NCBI GenBank assembly: GCA_018110925.1
Contig: JAGAZJ010000027.1
Location: 37,426-101,425, forward strand
Direction: 5' to 3'
DNA length: 64,000 bases
Origin: Oscillospiraceae bacterium
Lineage (GTDB): Bacteria > Bacillota > Clostridia > Oscillospirales > Ruminococcaceae
The notes under the pieces are model-generated. The model saw only the letters and a list, made by a program, of their open reading frames with translations, made no database searches and was not told the origin of the DNA. This document shows, piece after piece, positions 38,045 to 47,988 of the stretch. Within the stretch, counting starts at the first letter, position 1. Every line of letters begins with the position of its first letter. A program made the translations under genes and the position numbers.

Positions 38045-38656
38045 TCATCTAACTCCATCCATCATATAGTTGAGAGGATATCCTCTTCTCACCGCAAGCT
38101 CTACCGAAGAGCCTGCATACCGCCCGTCCTCAAAATCTACGCACAGCACATACGGGAGCATATTCACAAATTCCGCAAAATCGGCATAGGTAAAATCGTC
38201 GATGAATTCTCTCAGGATAATCCCCAGCGTCATGCCGTGTATGCCCACAGCTATCTCCTCGCCGTCGTGCTTTTCTATGAGTTCTCTTATAACGGGCATA
38301 CAGCGTGCCCTGACATCATCAAGGCTCTCACCGCCCTCTGCCTTGAGCGTGGGATCATTCCACTGCATCACGATGTACCGGGAATAGTTGTCCGTGAGCT
38401 CATTCCACCTGCCCGACACTCTCTCGTGTATGCCCTTTATCACATTTATGGGCATATGCGATGACATGGAGTAGTATTCAAGCGTCTGGAAAGTCCTTAT
38501 ATATTCCGATGCGTATATCACGGAAATATCCTTGTCCTCAAGCACCCACGCCACAGCCTGTGAATCCCTGCGCCCCACGGGGGTCAGCGGAAATACGGGA
38601 TTATGTCCGCCCGACGGGTCGGGCTGAGCATGGCGCACGAAATGTATCCGTGTCAT
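38045..38656 (-). CDS. Histidine phosphatase (phosphoglycerate mutase-like) family protein
   Basis: FVRHAQ, LTPVG, SEYIRTFQT, GGESL, IHG; overlaps the argC stop (ATGA). Confidence 0.88.
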   Translation of the reverse strand: MTRIHFVRHAQPDPSGGHNPVFPLTPVGRRDSQAVAWVLEDKDISVIYASEYIRTFQTLEYYSMSSHMPINVIKGIHERVSGRWNELTDNYSRYIVMQWNDPTLKAEGGESLDDVRARCMPVIRELIEKHDGEEIAVGIHGMTLGIILREFIDDFTYADFAEFVNMLPYVLCVDFEDGRYAGSSVELAVRRGYPLNYMMDGVR

Positions 38657-39588
38657 TCAAGGCCTGTCCTTTCGTCTATGCCCATCATGATGTTCATGCA
38701 CTGTACAGCCGCTCCCGATGCGCCCTTGCCGAGATTGTCGAGCTGGGAAGTGAGCAGTATATAGTCATCGTTGCCGTAAACATAGATATTCAGCATATTT
38801 GTTCCTGCGAGCGGGTTGGCGTAAAGCTCCGAGGGTGCCTCCCCGCCGAAGGGCATCACTCTTACAAAGTGCTGACCCTCATAGTGCTTTGAGAGCATCT
38901 CCCACACGTCCTGTGCGGTGGCTTTCTTTGACATTGCCCTCACATGGATGGGGATATTCACCAGCATACCGCAGTAGTAATCTGCGGTGGAGGGGCAGAA
39001 TGCAGGGGGATATGCAAGCCCCGTGACCGCCATCATTTCCTTTATATGCTTGTGTGTCTTGCCCATAGCGTACATACGCACACTGTCATATGAAGCATCT
39101 CTGTTCTCGTCCTCATAGCGTGCTATGAGCTTCTTTCCGCCGCCGCTGTATCCCGAGAAGGCATGGCAGCAAACAGGATAATACTGAGGGATAAAGCCGT
39201 TTTTGACCATAGGGTACATCAGCACATTGAAACCGCTCGCATAGCAGCCGGGAACTGCCACACGCTTTGCGGCGGCTATCTCCTCACGTCTTGTGGGAGT
39301 GAGCTCCGGCAGGCCGTACACCCAGCCCCTTTCGGTGCGGTGCGCCGTGGAAGCATCGATTATTCTCGTATTATCGTTCTCAACAAGGGATACCGCCTCT
39401 CGCGCCGCATCATCGGGCAGACAGAGAAAGGTGAAATCAGACTGATTTATAAGTCTCTTTCTCTCGTTTACGTCCTTTCTGAGCTCTTCCGAGATCTGGA
39501 GGACTTCAACATCTTCCCTGCCTGCAAAGCGCTCAAATATCTGAAGGCCGGTAGTTCCTTCCTTACCGTCAATAAATACCTTTGTCAT
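38653..39588 (-). CDS. argC: N-acetyl-gamma-glutamyl-phosphate reductase (short type 2)
   Basis: KVFIDGKEGTTGL, DASTAHR, PGCYASG, SGYSGGG, DNLGKGASGAAVQ. Confidence 0.95.
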   Translation of the reverse strand: MTKVFIDGKEGTTGLQIFERFAGREDVEVLQISEELRKDVNERKRLINQSDFTFLCLPDDAAREAVSLVENDNTRIIDASTAHRTERGWVYGLPELTPTRREEIAAAKRVAVPGCYASGFNVLMYPMVKNGFIPQYYPVCCHAFSGYSGGGKKLIARYEDENRDASYDSVRMYAMGKTHKHIKEMMAVTGLAYPPAFCPSTADYYCGMLVNIPIHVRAMSKKATAQDVWEMLSKHYEGQHFVRVMPFGGEAPSELYANPLAGTNMLNIYVYGNDDYILLTSQLDNLGKGASGAAVQCMNIMMGIDERTGLE

Positions 39589-39604
39589 AACAGACACTCC
39601 CTGT

Positions 39605-40336
39605 TTATTTTTTCATATACCAATAAGAATATATCTTCTCAAATCCCAGCTTATCATACAGTGCCACTGCCGCTGTATTGTCCTGCACCACCTGAAGATA
39701 CGAATAATCCGCACCCTGTTCGTACGCCTTTGCTATGACAGCGGAGCACAGCCTCCTGCCGAGGCCTTTGCCCCGCAGTCCGGGCCTCACCACCACATTC
39801 TGGAGCAGCATATATCCCCGTTCGATCACCGCCGATGCGCAGGCGGCGGGCACGCCCTCATACATCACGGTGCAGTATATGGTCGGCGGCACGACCTTTG
39901 CAAGCATCCTCTTGTATATATCCTGCTTATTCGTGTCGGTGATGCCCTCAAATTCAAAATATGAGGGGAGCCATTCCCACGGCTCGCCGCTGAATATGCA
40001 TCCGTCGTCATAGCCGAACGCATTGCCGTCAAGGGAGAGCACCTTCACATCCGTGGGAGTGACCACCTTGTACCCCCTGTCGGAAAGCAGAGAGGAAAGC
40101 TCCATGTCCGCATCCGTGAGCTTGAATATGCAAGGCAGCCCCTGCTTTTCGTAGCACTCCTCACAATAAGCTATCTTTTCACTGATGTCCCTGTAAGAGG
40201 GATACAGAACACTGACCGAATTTGCCCTGCCGGTATACCCCTCCGAAAAGCGCATTAGCCACCCGTCATACTGCATGACATTCAGTGCCACATGGCCGTT
40301 TGCGGCGATCTCTTCAAAAAAACGTATCTTTTCCAT
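39605..40336 (-). CDS. GNAT-family N-acetyltransferase
   Basis: DGWLMRFSEGYTGRANSV; motif A VVRPGLRGKGLG; YLQVVQDNTAAVALYDKLGF. Confidence 0.9.
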   Translation of the reverse strand: MEKIRFFEEIAANGHVALNVMQYDGWLMRFSEGYTGRANSVSVLYPSYRDISEKIAYCEECYEKQGLPCIFKLTDADMELSSLLSDRGYKVVTPTDVKVLSLDGNAFGYDDGCIFSGEPWEWLPSYFEFEGITDTNKQDIYKRMLAKVVPPTIYCTVMYEGVPAACASAVIERGYMLLQNVVVRPGLRGKGLGRRLCSAVIAKAYEQGADYSYLQVVQDNTAAVALYDKLGFEKIYSYWYMKK

Positions 40337-40395
40337 GATATCCTCCTGACCTAGAGCGCCGCCCGAATATCATGTATGATCGGATACAGTGACCG

Positions 40396-41775
40396 TTAGT
40401 CGAACTTTCTGAGCTGTGCCTTCAGCTTCTCTATCTGACGGGCGACTGCCTCGGGGGCAGGACCGCCGTCAACATTTCTCTGCATGACACAGGTATCAAG
40501 GCTGATAGCCTTGTAAACATCCTCGTCAAACAGCTCATTCAGTTTCTTGTATTCAGCGAGCGGCAACTCTTCAAGTGTTGTGTCAAGCTCTATGCATCTT
40601 GCCACGAGAGTTCCTGTTATCTTATATGCGCTCCTGAAAGGCAGACCCTTCTTAACAAGATAGTCAGCACAGTCGGTAGCGTTTATGAAGCCCTTTGCCG
40701 CCGCACGGCGCATATTATCTTTTAGCACAGTCATGGTCGCAAACATGGGGATGAATGTTGATATGCACATCTTGACCGTGTCTACTGCGTCAAATATGGC
40801 TTCCTTATCCTCCTGCATATCCTTGTTGTATGCAAGAGGGAGATTTTTCATCATTGAGAGCAGGGTCATAAGATCACCGTATACCCTGCCTGTCTTGCCC
40901 CTGATAAGCTCAGTGACATCGGGGTTTTTCTTCTGCGGCATAATGGACGAGCCTGTTGAATATGCATCATCGAGCTCGATGAACTTGAATTCCCATGAGC
41001 ACCACATGATGATCTCCTCCGAAAATCTTGAAAGGTGCATCATAAGTATGGAGATCACCCCTGCCAGCTCTATGCAGAAATCTCTGTCAGACACTCCGTC
41101 AAGGCTGTTGTAGGTTATGTCGTCAAAGCCCAGCAGCTCCGCCGTGCGCTGTCTGTTGAGGGGATATGTGGTGCCTGCAAGAGCACATGAGCCGAGAGGC
41201 ATAATGTTCATACGTCTTCGGCAGTCGCAAAGTCTGTCAAGGTCACGGGTGAGCATCTGTGCATACGCCATGATGTGGTGAGCGAATGTAACAGGCTGTG
41301 CTCTCTGCATATGGGTGTATCCGGGCATAACAGTATCATAGTGCTGCTGTGCGGTGGATATGAGAGTTTCTATCAGTTCTCTGACAAGAGCGGCTATCTC
41401 ATCGCACTCGCTCCTGAGACAGTGTCTTATATCGAGAGCCACCTGGTCGTTTCTCGATCTGGCGGTGTGAAGTCTCTTTCCTGTGTCGCCGAGCCTGTTT
41501 GTCAGTTCCTGCTCAACGAACATATGTATATCCTCTGCGTTGGGGTCAAATTCAAGGGCGCCTGAATCTATATCGGCAAGTATCCCCCTGAGACCTTCTG
41601 TTATCTTCTCGCTCTCCGATCTGTCGATTATGCCCTGCTCGCCGAGCATCGTTGCATGAGCCACGGAGCCCTCTATATCGGAGCGGTACATTCTTGCATC
41701 AAAGGATATTGACGAATTGAAGTCATTCACCTTTTTATCCACTTCCTTTGAGAAGCGGCCTGCCCACATCATCAT
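40396..41775 (-). CDS. argH: Argininosuccinate lyase
   Basis: WAGRF, EDIH, HTARSRNDQ, PGYTHMQRAQP, GSSIMPQKKNPD, YNKDMQEDK. Confidence 0.97.
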   Translation of the reverse strand: MMMWAGRFSKEVDKKVNDFNSSISFDARMYRSDIEGSVAHATMLGEQGIIDRSESEKITEGLRGILADIDSGALEFDPNAEDIHMFVEQELTNRLGDTGKRLHTARSRNDQVALDIRHCLRSECDEIAALVRELIETLISTAQQHYDTVMPGYTHMQRAQPVTFAHHIMAYAQMLTRDLDRLCDCRRRMNIMPLGSCALAGTTYPLNRQRTAELLGFDDITYNSLDGVSDRDFCIELAGVISILMMHLSRFSEEIIMWCSWEFKFIELDDAYSTGSSIMPQKKNPDVTELIRGKTGRVYGDLMTLLSMMKNLPLAYNKDMQEDKEAIFDAVDTVKMCISTFIPMFATMTVLKDNMRRAAAKGFINATDCADYLVKKGLPFRSAYKITGTLVARCIELDTTLEELPLAEYKKLNELFDEDVYKAISLDTCVMQRNVDGGPAPEAVARQIEKLKAQLRKFD

Positions 41776-41793
41776 ATCATTTCACCCTTTCGG

Positions 41794-42297
41794 TCATTCT
41801 GCCTTTTCGGTCTGTGTATTCTCAGAGGCTTCCTTTTCCTGCATATACTGGAGCACCTGCTGATAAAGCTCCTCGTCTATGGGGTATACCCCGGCATTTC
41901 CCAGTTCCTCAACGGTCGGGTGTCTGTAAGTATGAGTTCCCTGACCGTCGGTTATGAGAAGATTGCCGTCCTCAAAGCCTATCCTTATCCTGCCCTGTCC
42001 GTCATCGCCGAGAACGAGTATATCATCCCTCAGTTCATAGGGAACTCTCAGCACATATCCGGGATATTTCTGCGATGACTCATGTGTTGCCATAGTGTTG
42101 TCATCGGTAAATTCGATAATATAGTAAAAGGCTGTCTCCGGGTCTGCCGTGGGGATATATTCGGGACCGTCCACATCGCACCAAACGCCGATGATATCAG
42201 TCTTATATGCTTCGTAATCCACCTTGTTGCTGCCGCAGGCAGTGAATAATGCCAATGCGAGCATAAGGCAGACGATCATCTTTGTTTTCAAGGTCAT
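41794..42297 (-). CDS. Hypothetical lipoprotein (possibly lipocalin-like beta barrel)
   Basis: Lipobox LFTAC followed by IIGVW, a pattern typical of lipocalin-like lipoproteins. Confidence 0.75.
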   Translation of the reverse strand: MTLKTKMIVCLMLALALFTACGSNKVDYEAYKTDIIGVWCDVDGPEYIPTADPETAFYYIIEFTDDNTMATHESSQKYPGYVLRVPYELRDDILVLGDDGQGRIRIGFEDGNLLITDGQGTHTYRHPTVEELGNAGVYPIDEELYQQVLQYMQEKEASENTQTEKAE

Positions 42298-42357
42298 CAC
42301 CCTTCTTTAAAAAAATCTGAAAGCAAGTGCGGCGGCTTTGCTGTTTGCAAAACTCTA

Positions 42358-42463
42358 TAATACTAATTTCTGACCGATGTATGGACAAACAAGCCGCAAA
42401 TGCTTGAATATTAGGGATTTGAGGCTTGGAGATTGTCTATACATCGAGAAAGAATCAGTATAA
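42358..42463. mobile_element. MITE-like palindromic dispersed repeat, copy B (106 bp)
   Basis: TAATACTAATTTCTGACCGATGTATGGACAA ... TTGTCTATACATCGAGAAAGAATCAGTATAA imperfect terminal IRs; inner IR CAAGCCGCAAAT/ATTTGAGGCTTG; homologous to 20669-20794. Confidence 0.65.
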
Positions 42464-42531
42464 CCCGGTCGGTGACGGCACTTGCTTTCGTGATTATTCG
42501 GTTTTTATCGTCGGGATATCCGTGTGGGATA

Positions 42532-43764
42532 TCACTTGCCTCTCTTCTGGTCGAGCTTAGCCTTTACATGGGTAGGAAGACCGAAGATGTTGATAAATCC
42601 TGCTGCATCGGACTGATCGTATACCTCATCGGCGTCAAATGTTGCAACTTCCTCATCATAGAGAGTGTAGGGGGATGTAACGCCCGCATTTATTACGTTG
42701 CCCTTGTAGAGCTTGAGCTTTACATCGCCCGTAACGGTCTTCTGGGTATCATCAACGAATGCGGAGAGAGCTTCTCTGAGAGGTGTGAACCACTGACCGT
42801 TGTATACGAGGTCTGCAAACTTGATGGAGAGATAGGACTTCATCCTTGTGGTCTCCTTATCAAGGCAGATGGTCTCAAGAGTATCGTGAGCCTTGTAGAG
42901 GATAGTTCCGCCCGGTGTTTCGTATACACCTCTGGACTTCATGCCGACAAGACGGTTCTCAACGAGATCCATAAGACCTATGCCGTTCTCGCCGCCCAAC
43001 TTGTTGAGATAGGAAACGAGCTCAACGCCGTTCATGTTCTTGCCGTCAACTGCGGTGGGTACGCCCTTTTCAAAGTGTATGGTGACATATGTAGCCTTGT
43101 CGGGAGCCTTTTCGGGAGAAACGCCCAGCTCAAGGAAGCCCTCCTTGTTGTACTGAGGCTCATTTGCAGGGTCTTCAAGGTCAAGTCCCTCATGTGAGAG
43201 ATGCCATATGTTCTTATCCTTGGAGTAGTTGGTCTCCCTTGTTATGCGCAGGGGGATGTTGTGTGCCTCCGCATAGTCGATCTCCTCGTCTCTGGACTTG
43301 ATGTCCCATTCTCTCCAGGGAGCTATTACCGCCATATCGGGAGCAAATGCCTTTATAGCGAGTTCAAATCTTACCTGGTCGTTGCCCTTGCCGGTGCAGC
43401 CGTGGCAGATAGCATCAGCGCCCTCCTTGAGAGCGATCTCAGCTATTCTCTTTGCGATGATGGGACGTGCGAAGGAAGTACCGAGGAGATACTTGCCCTC
43501 GTATATTGCGCCAGCCTTGATGGTGGGATATACATAATCCTGTATGAACTCTTCCTTGAGATCCTCGATGTAGAGCTTGGAAGCGCCTGTCTTTATAGCC
43601 TTTTCCTCAAGACCGTCAAGTTCGGTGCCCTGTCCTACGTCTGCGGACACTGCGATGACCTCACAGTTGTTGTAGTTTTCCTTGAGCCAGGGAATGATTA
43701 TGGAAGTATCGAGGCCGCCGGAATATGCGAGAACTACCTTTTTGATCTTGGACTTGTCTATCAT
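42532..43764 (-). CDS. argG: Argininosuccinate synthase
   Basis: [47 protein letters not shown]. Confidence 0.98.
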   Translation of the reverse strand: MIDKSKIKKVVLAYSGGLDTSIIIPWLKENYNNCEVIAVSADVGQGTELDGLEEKAIKTGASKLYIEDLKEEFIQDYVYPTIKAGAIYEGKYLLGTSFARPIIAKRIAEIALKEGADAICHGCTGKGNDQVRFELAIKAFAPDMAVIAPWREWDIKSRDEEIDYAEAHNIPLRITRETNYSKDKNIWHLSHEGLDLEDPANEPQYNKEGFLELGVSPEKAPDKATYVTIHFEKGVPTAVDGKNMNGVELVSYLNKLGGENGIGLMDLVENRLVGMKSRGVYETPGGTILYKAHDTLETICLDKETTRMKSYLSIKFADLVYNGQWFTPLREALSAFVDDTQKTVTGDVKLKLYKGNVINAGVTSPYTLYDEEVATFDADEVYDQSDAAGFINIFGLPTHVKAKLDQKRGK

Positions 43765-43807
43765 TGTTATTACCTCCGAAAAGAATTATCGTTTGAAACT
43801 GATTATC

Positions 43808-43900
43808 ATTATACACTTCTTTTTTTAAAAGTCAAGTGTTTTTTGCATATTTTTCTGAAAATGCGGATTTTATTCACTAAATATGCGTATATTTATGTAT
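43808..43900 (-). promoter_or_regulatory. argG promoter with upstream degenerate ARG-box-like sites
   Basis: Minus-strand TTGACT (43830-43835) and TATAAT (43808-43813); TGCATATTT, GATTTTATTCA and CGTATATTTATGTA at 43844-43900 partly match TGMAT-W4-ATKCA. Confidence 0.45.
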
Positions 43901-43932
43901 ATCCAGAGTTTTATACAGTATATACCGTATAT

Positions 43933-45069
43933 TTATGAGAGTCTCATGCGGAAATCCTCATATCCGAATTTCTTCACAAGCTCCGTTCCGCTGTCATTTG
44001 CTGTGTATATCCACGGCAGACCTATACCGTTGAAGGTGTTGTTCTTACACATGGTATATATCGCCATATCCCCGAAAATGAGCCTGTCACCGACAGACAG
44101 CGGCCTGTCAAAGGAATATGTGCCGACTGTATCGCCTGCAAGACACGTTGCCGCACCTATGCGGTATGTGTATCTCTTCTCCCCGTCTCCGCCTGAGCCG
44201 TAGAGCGGCGGACGATAGGGCATTTCAAGCACATCGGGCATATGACACGCCGCAGACGCATCTATTATAGCGTGAGACACTCCGCACGACTCAAACACAT
44301 CCAGTACCTCGGTCACCAGAAAGCCCGCATCAAGGGCATGAGCCTCACCAGGCTCAAGATATACCTCAACGCCGTATTTCTCCCTGAAAGCATCTATGAG
44401 CCTGCAAAGCCTGTCTGTGTCATATCCCTCTTTCGTGATGTGATGACCGCCGCCGAAGTTCACCCATTTCAGACTGTCAATACATTTCCCGAAATGCTTC
44501 TCAAAATGGGGCAGTGTGCGCTCGAGCACATCGCTCCCCTGTTCGCACATCGTGTGGAAATGAAGGCCAGATATGCCCTCGCAGTCCTTTATGTCAAAAT
44601 CATCCGCCCTTGTGCCGAGCCTTGACATCGGGGAACACGGATCATAGATAGCGGTCTCCACCTCGGAATATCCGGGATTGACCCTTATGCCGCACTCAGC
44701 ATTGCCTGCCCTGTCCTTGAAGCGTTTGTACTGGGAGGGCGTGTTGAATATGATATGGTCGCATATCTTCGCTATCCTGTCAAACTCATTGTCACGATAG
44801 GCAGGTGAATATATATGCACCTGTCTGTCGGGCATCTCCTCCGCACCCAGCATCGCTTCATAAAGGCCGCTCGCCGTCGTACCGTCTATGTACTGCGACA
44901 TCATGGGATACAGCGAGAACATCGAGAATGCCTTCTGCGCCAGCAAAATCTTTGCGCCGGTGCGCCGTCTTATACCGTCAAGCACCATCATATTCCGTTC
45001 TATCAGCCGTTCATCGACCACATAGCACGGGGTATGGAGCGTGCTTACATCAAAACATGGAGCGTTCAT
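43933..45069 (-). CDS. nspC: Carboxynorspermidine/carboxyspermidine decarboxylase
   Basis: TPCYV, LAQKAFS, TTASGLYEA, YDPCSPMSRLG, GLHFHTMCEQ, NFGGGHHIT, HMPDVLEMPYRP, TCLAGD. Confidence 0.93.
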   Translation of the reverse strand: MNAPCFDVSTLHTPCYVVDERLIERNMMVLDGIRRRTGAKILLAQKAFSMFSLYPMMSQYIDGTTASGLYEAMLGAEEMPDRQVHIYSPAYRDNEFDRIAKICDHIIFNTPSQYKRFKDRAGNAECGIRVNPGYSEVETAIYDPCSPMSRLGTRADDFDIKDCEGISGLHFHTMCEQGSDVLERTLPHFEKHFGKCIDSLKWVNFGGGHHITKEGYDTDRLCRLIDAFREKYGVEVYLEPGEAHALDAGFLVTEVLDVFESCGVSHAIIDASAACHMPDVLEMPYRPPLYGSGGDGEKRYTYRIGAATCLAGDTVGTYSFDRPLSVGDRLIFGDMAIYTMCKNNTFNGIGLPWIYTANDSGTELVKKFGYEDFRMRLS

Positions 45070-45079
45070 CTGTCCTCCG

Positions 45080-45265
45080 TCATTTGCCTTCTTCGGTCTT
45101 ATCGACTATCTCGATATTGTCGAGCTGAGAGGTGAGATTTCTCACCACTCCCGCTCTGTATTCATCCCTGAGAGCCTGCTGTTCCGCCTTTTCTTCAAGG
45201 GTCAGCCCTATGGTGCGCTGTTTTCTTGCAAGCTCGTTTATACGGGCAATCTTTTCCTGTGTCAT
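45080..45265 (-). CDS. DUF896 (YnzC-like) small protein
   Basis: IARINELARK...GLTLEEKAEQQALRDEY; translationally coupled to the upstream gene. Confidence 0.88.
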   Translation of the reverse strand: MTQEKIARINELARKQRTIGLTLEEKAEQQALRDEYRAGVVRNLTSQLDNIEIVDKTEEGK

Positions 45266-46671
45266 TATTCCTCGCCGTCCGTTTCGCTGTCCTCAACGGG
45301 AGTATCAACTATCTCATCGGAAGGCTTTTCCATAGTGATGGCCTTTCTTCTTTCAAACTCCTCACGGTCAGCCTTTCTTGCAGCCTCTACCTCCTCGGCT
45401 GTGCCGGAATGCGCTGTGGTCTTGAGGTCTGCGGGGAGCTCTGATACAAAGCCCTCTATCTTGTCAAAAGTGATGGGCGTGGTAAAGTCCATACCGCTGG
45501 GTCTGATATTTCTCGAACCGAGAACATATATATCGCTGGATACGGTGGTCATGCTCGCCATACGTGTAGAGCGCTGGTTTTCCTTGGAAACGAAATCCTT
45601 GAGGGATGAGCTGAAAGGTATCGACAGTCCGTCCTCGGGCAGTGAGCCTGCGAGTTTGAGTATATCTGCACCTCTGTCATTGAGTGCAAGGATACGGCCG
45701 TAGAGAGGGGGCACCTTCATATCGTCCGCCTTTATGCCGAGCATAAGGCTGAAAAGGACCCTCTTGATCCTTGCCATGGGATAAGCCTTGGTCTTGATCT
45801 TTTCAAGCAGATCCTGGAGTGAATTTGCGGCTCTGGATGCCTGGAATATCCTGTTGCCGAGGCCCTGATCCACGTCGGGAGTGGTGAAAAGCTCCTGGGG
45901 AGAAATGGTGCGGAGCCTGTAAAGCAGCACCCTCTCAAAGTTCTCGTACCAGCAGAGCAGGTCATTGTCGTCGTATTCTCTTACCGCATCAAAGGTGTCC
46001 TTGGGAACGAATGCGGAAAAGTCCTCACCGTCGTCGATAAGCCTGCGGATATATTCGCCGCTCGCTATCGTATCGGTATGCTCCTCACCGTCATGCTCTG
46101 CACCCGAACGCTTTATGACAACGGGATTAATCTTCTGATCGAGTTTGAGGAGCTTCAGAGATTTGAGATACTCTATCGCAAGGATATTGTTGGGAGAATT
46201 CAGGAGATCCGACAGAGCAGGACCGTATTTGAGAGCCACAAGCTGCTGTATAGCCGCAGGATAGGGCATACCCTGCTCCATAAGGGGCTTCAGGTTCTCT
46301 GCGGTGGACAGCTCATGAACAGCATCCGCACACTTTCTGAGCGCCTCGATGTCATCACATTCCGCACCGAAGGATATACCCTCTACACAGCGCAGAGAGC
46401 CGAGCATCATAACGCCCGAGCGTGCAAACATCTCCGCATTCGCAAGGCTGTACTGTACAGGCATCTCAACAACAAGGTCAACGCCGTTTCTTACAGCGAT
46501 CTTTGCTCTTGTGAACTTGTCCATGAGGGCAGGCTCACCTCTCTGTACGAAGTTGCCGCTCATTATGGCAACGATATGATCAGCACCTGTCAGCTCCTTT
46601 GTCTTCTCTATCTGATAGATGTGTCCGTTGTGGAAGGGGTTGTATTCGCATATGATACCATAGGTCTTCAT
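45265..46671 (-). CDS. tmcAL: tRNA(Met) cytidine acetate ligase (HIGH nucleotidyltransferase) with an acidic C-terminal extension
   Basis: GIICEYNPFHNGH, MSGNFVQRGEP, SFGAE, PNNILAIEYL. Confidence 0.88.
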   Translation of the reverse strand: MKTYGIICEYNPFHNGHIYQIEKTKELTGADHIVAIMSGNFVQRGEPALMDKFTRAKIAVRNGVDLVVEMPVQYSLANAEMFARSGVMMLGSLRCVEGISFGAECDDIEALRKCADAVHELSTAENLKPLMEQGMPYPAAIQQLVALKYGPALSDLLNSPNNILAIEYLKSLKLLKLDQKINPVVIKRSGAEHDGEEHTDTIASGEYIRRLIDDGEDFSAFVPKDTFDAVREYDDNDLLCWYENFERVLLYRLRTISPQELFTTPDVDQGLGNRIFQASRAANSLQDLLEKIKTKAYPMARIKRVLFSLMLGIKADDMKVPPLYGRILALNDRGADILKLAGSLPEDGLSIPFSSSLKDFVSKENQRSTRMASMTTVSSDIYVLGSRNIRPSGMDFTTPITFDKIEGFVSELPADLKTTAHSGTAEEVEAARKADREEFERRKAITMEKPSDEIVDTPVEDSETDGEE

Positions 46672-46695
46672 TGGCTTTATATCCTTTCTAATTTA

Positions 46696-47988
46696 TTACA
46701 GATCATTTACGCACATATCTTCAAAGGTCTCACGGCGCACGACCACACGGGACTTGCCGTCCCTGACCATGACCACTGCCGCATTGGGCACACGGTTGTA
46801 GTGAGATGCCATTGAATAGTTATATGCACCCGTTGCAAGTATCGCAACGATGTCGCCCGCCTCTGCGTGCTGAAGGGGCATATTCTCGCCGATAAGGTCG
46901 CCGGATTCACAGGTGCGCCCTGCAATGGTTACCGTCTCGCTCTTTGGCTCGTCAGCCTTGTTTGCGACCACTGCGGTATATTCCGACTTGTACAGCGCAT
47001 ATCTCGGATTGTCGGGCATTCCGCCGTCTATGCCGATATATGTGCGTATACCGGGTATTGTCTTGCGCGAGCCGACAGTATAGAGCGTTATGCCCGCAGG
47101 TGCGGCTATCGAGCGCCCCGGCTCTATCATGATAAAGGGCATTTCCAGGCCGAACCTGTCACAGCATTCCCTGACCCTTGCGGACACTCTCTTCATGTAA
47201 TCGCCGTAGGGAACGGGAACATCCTTGTCGGTGTACTTTATGCCGAAGCCGCCGCCCAGACTCAGATCCTTTATCGTGATGCCCTCGTCCCGCAGTTTTG
47301 CGATGAACTCAAACATCACCTCTGCCGCCTTTTCAAAGGGGGCGATGTCGTGTATCTGCGAACCGATGTGACAGTGAACGCCGGCCAGGTCTATACCGGG
47401 GAGAACGGCCACTTTCTTTGCAGCTTTCAGAGCCTCTCCCGTTTCTATCGCAAAGCCGAACTTTGAGTCTATCTGACCTGTCATGACAGCCTCAAAGGTA
47501 TGAGCCTCAACGCCGGGCTTCAGTCTCAGCATGACCCTGACCGTCCTGCCCTTCTTCACAGCTATATCGGATATGCGGTAAAGCTCCTCGATATTGTCAC
47601 AGGTTATCCTGCCTACGCCGTTGTCTATGGCAAAGGCTATCTCCTCGTCCTTTTTGTTGTTGCTGGTAAATACGATGCGCTCTGCAGGGAAGCCGGCAGA
47701 AAGAGCCGTATATATCTCACCGCCCGACACCGTATCGAGCCCTATGCCCTCATCGTTCATGATCCTGCACATTTCCTTGCAGCAGAACGCCTTTGTCGCA
47801 TAGCATACCATGCCCCTGCCGTAGCACTCGTCTATCGAGGTCTTGAACTCTCTGCAAGCCTGCCTTATCATATCCTCATCCATCACATAGAGCGGCGTGC
47901 CGTACTGCTCTGCAAGCTCCACCGTGTCGATGCCGCCAGTGAGAAGATGTCCGTTCCCGACCGTAAGTCCGTTTGTCATATCATTCAC
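46696..47988 (-). CDS. lysA: Diaminopimelate decarboxylase
   Basis: YGTPLYV, YATKA, DSKFG, HCHIGSQI, LGGGFG, EPGRS, CESGD, GAY. Confidence 0.94.
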   Translation of the reverse strand: MNDMTNGLTVGNGHLLTGGIDTVELAEQYGTPLYVMDEDMIRQACREFKTSIDECYGRGMVCYATKAFCCKEMCRIMNDEGIGLDTVSGGEIYTALSAGFPAERIVFTSNNKKDEEIAFAIDNGVGRITCDNIEELYRISDIAVKKGRTVRVMLRLKPGVEAHTFEAVMTGQIDSKFGFAIETGEALKAAKKVAVLPGIDLAGVHCHIGSQIHDIAPFEKAAEVMFEFIAKLRDEGITIKDLSLGGGFGIKYTDKDVPVPYGDYMKRVSARVRECCDRFGLEMPFIMIEPGRSIAAPAGITLYTVGSRKTIPGIRTYIGIDGGMPDNPRYALYKSEYTAVVANKADEPKSETVTIAGRTCESGDLIGENMPLQHAEAGDIVAILATGAYNYSMASHYNRVPNAAVVMVRDGKSRVVVRRETFEDMCVNDL

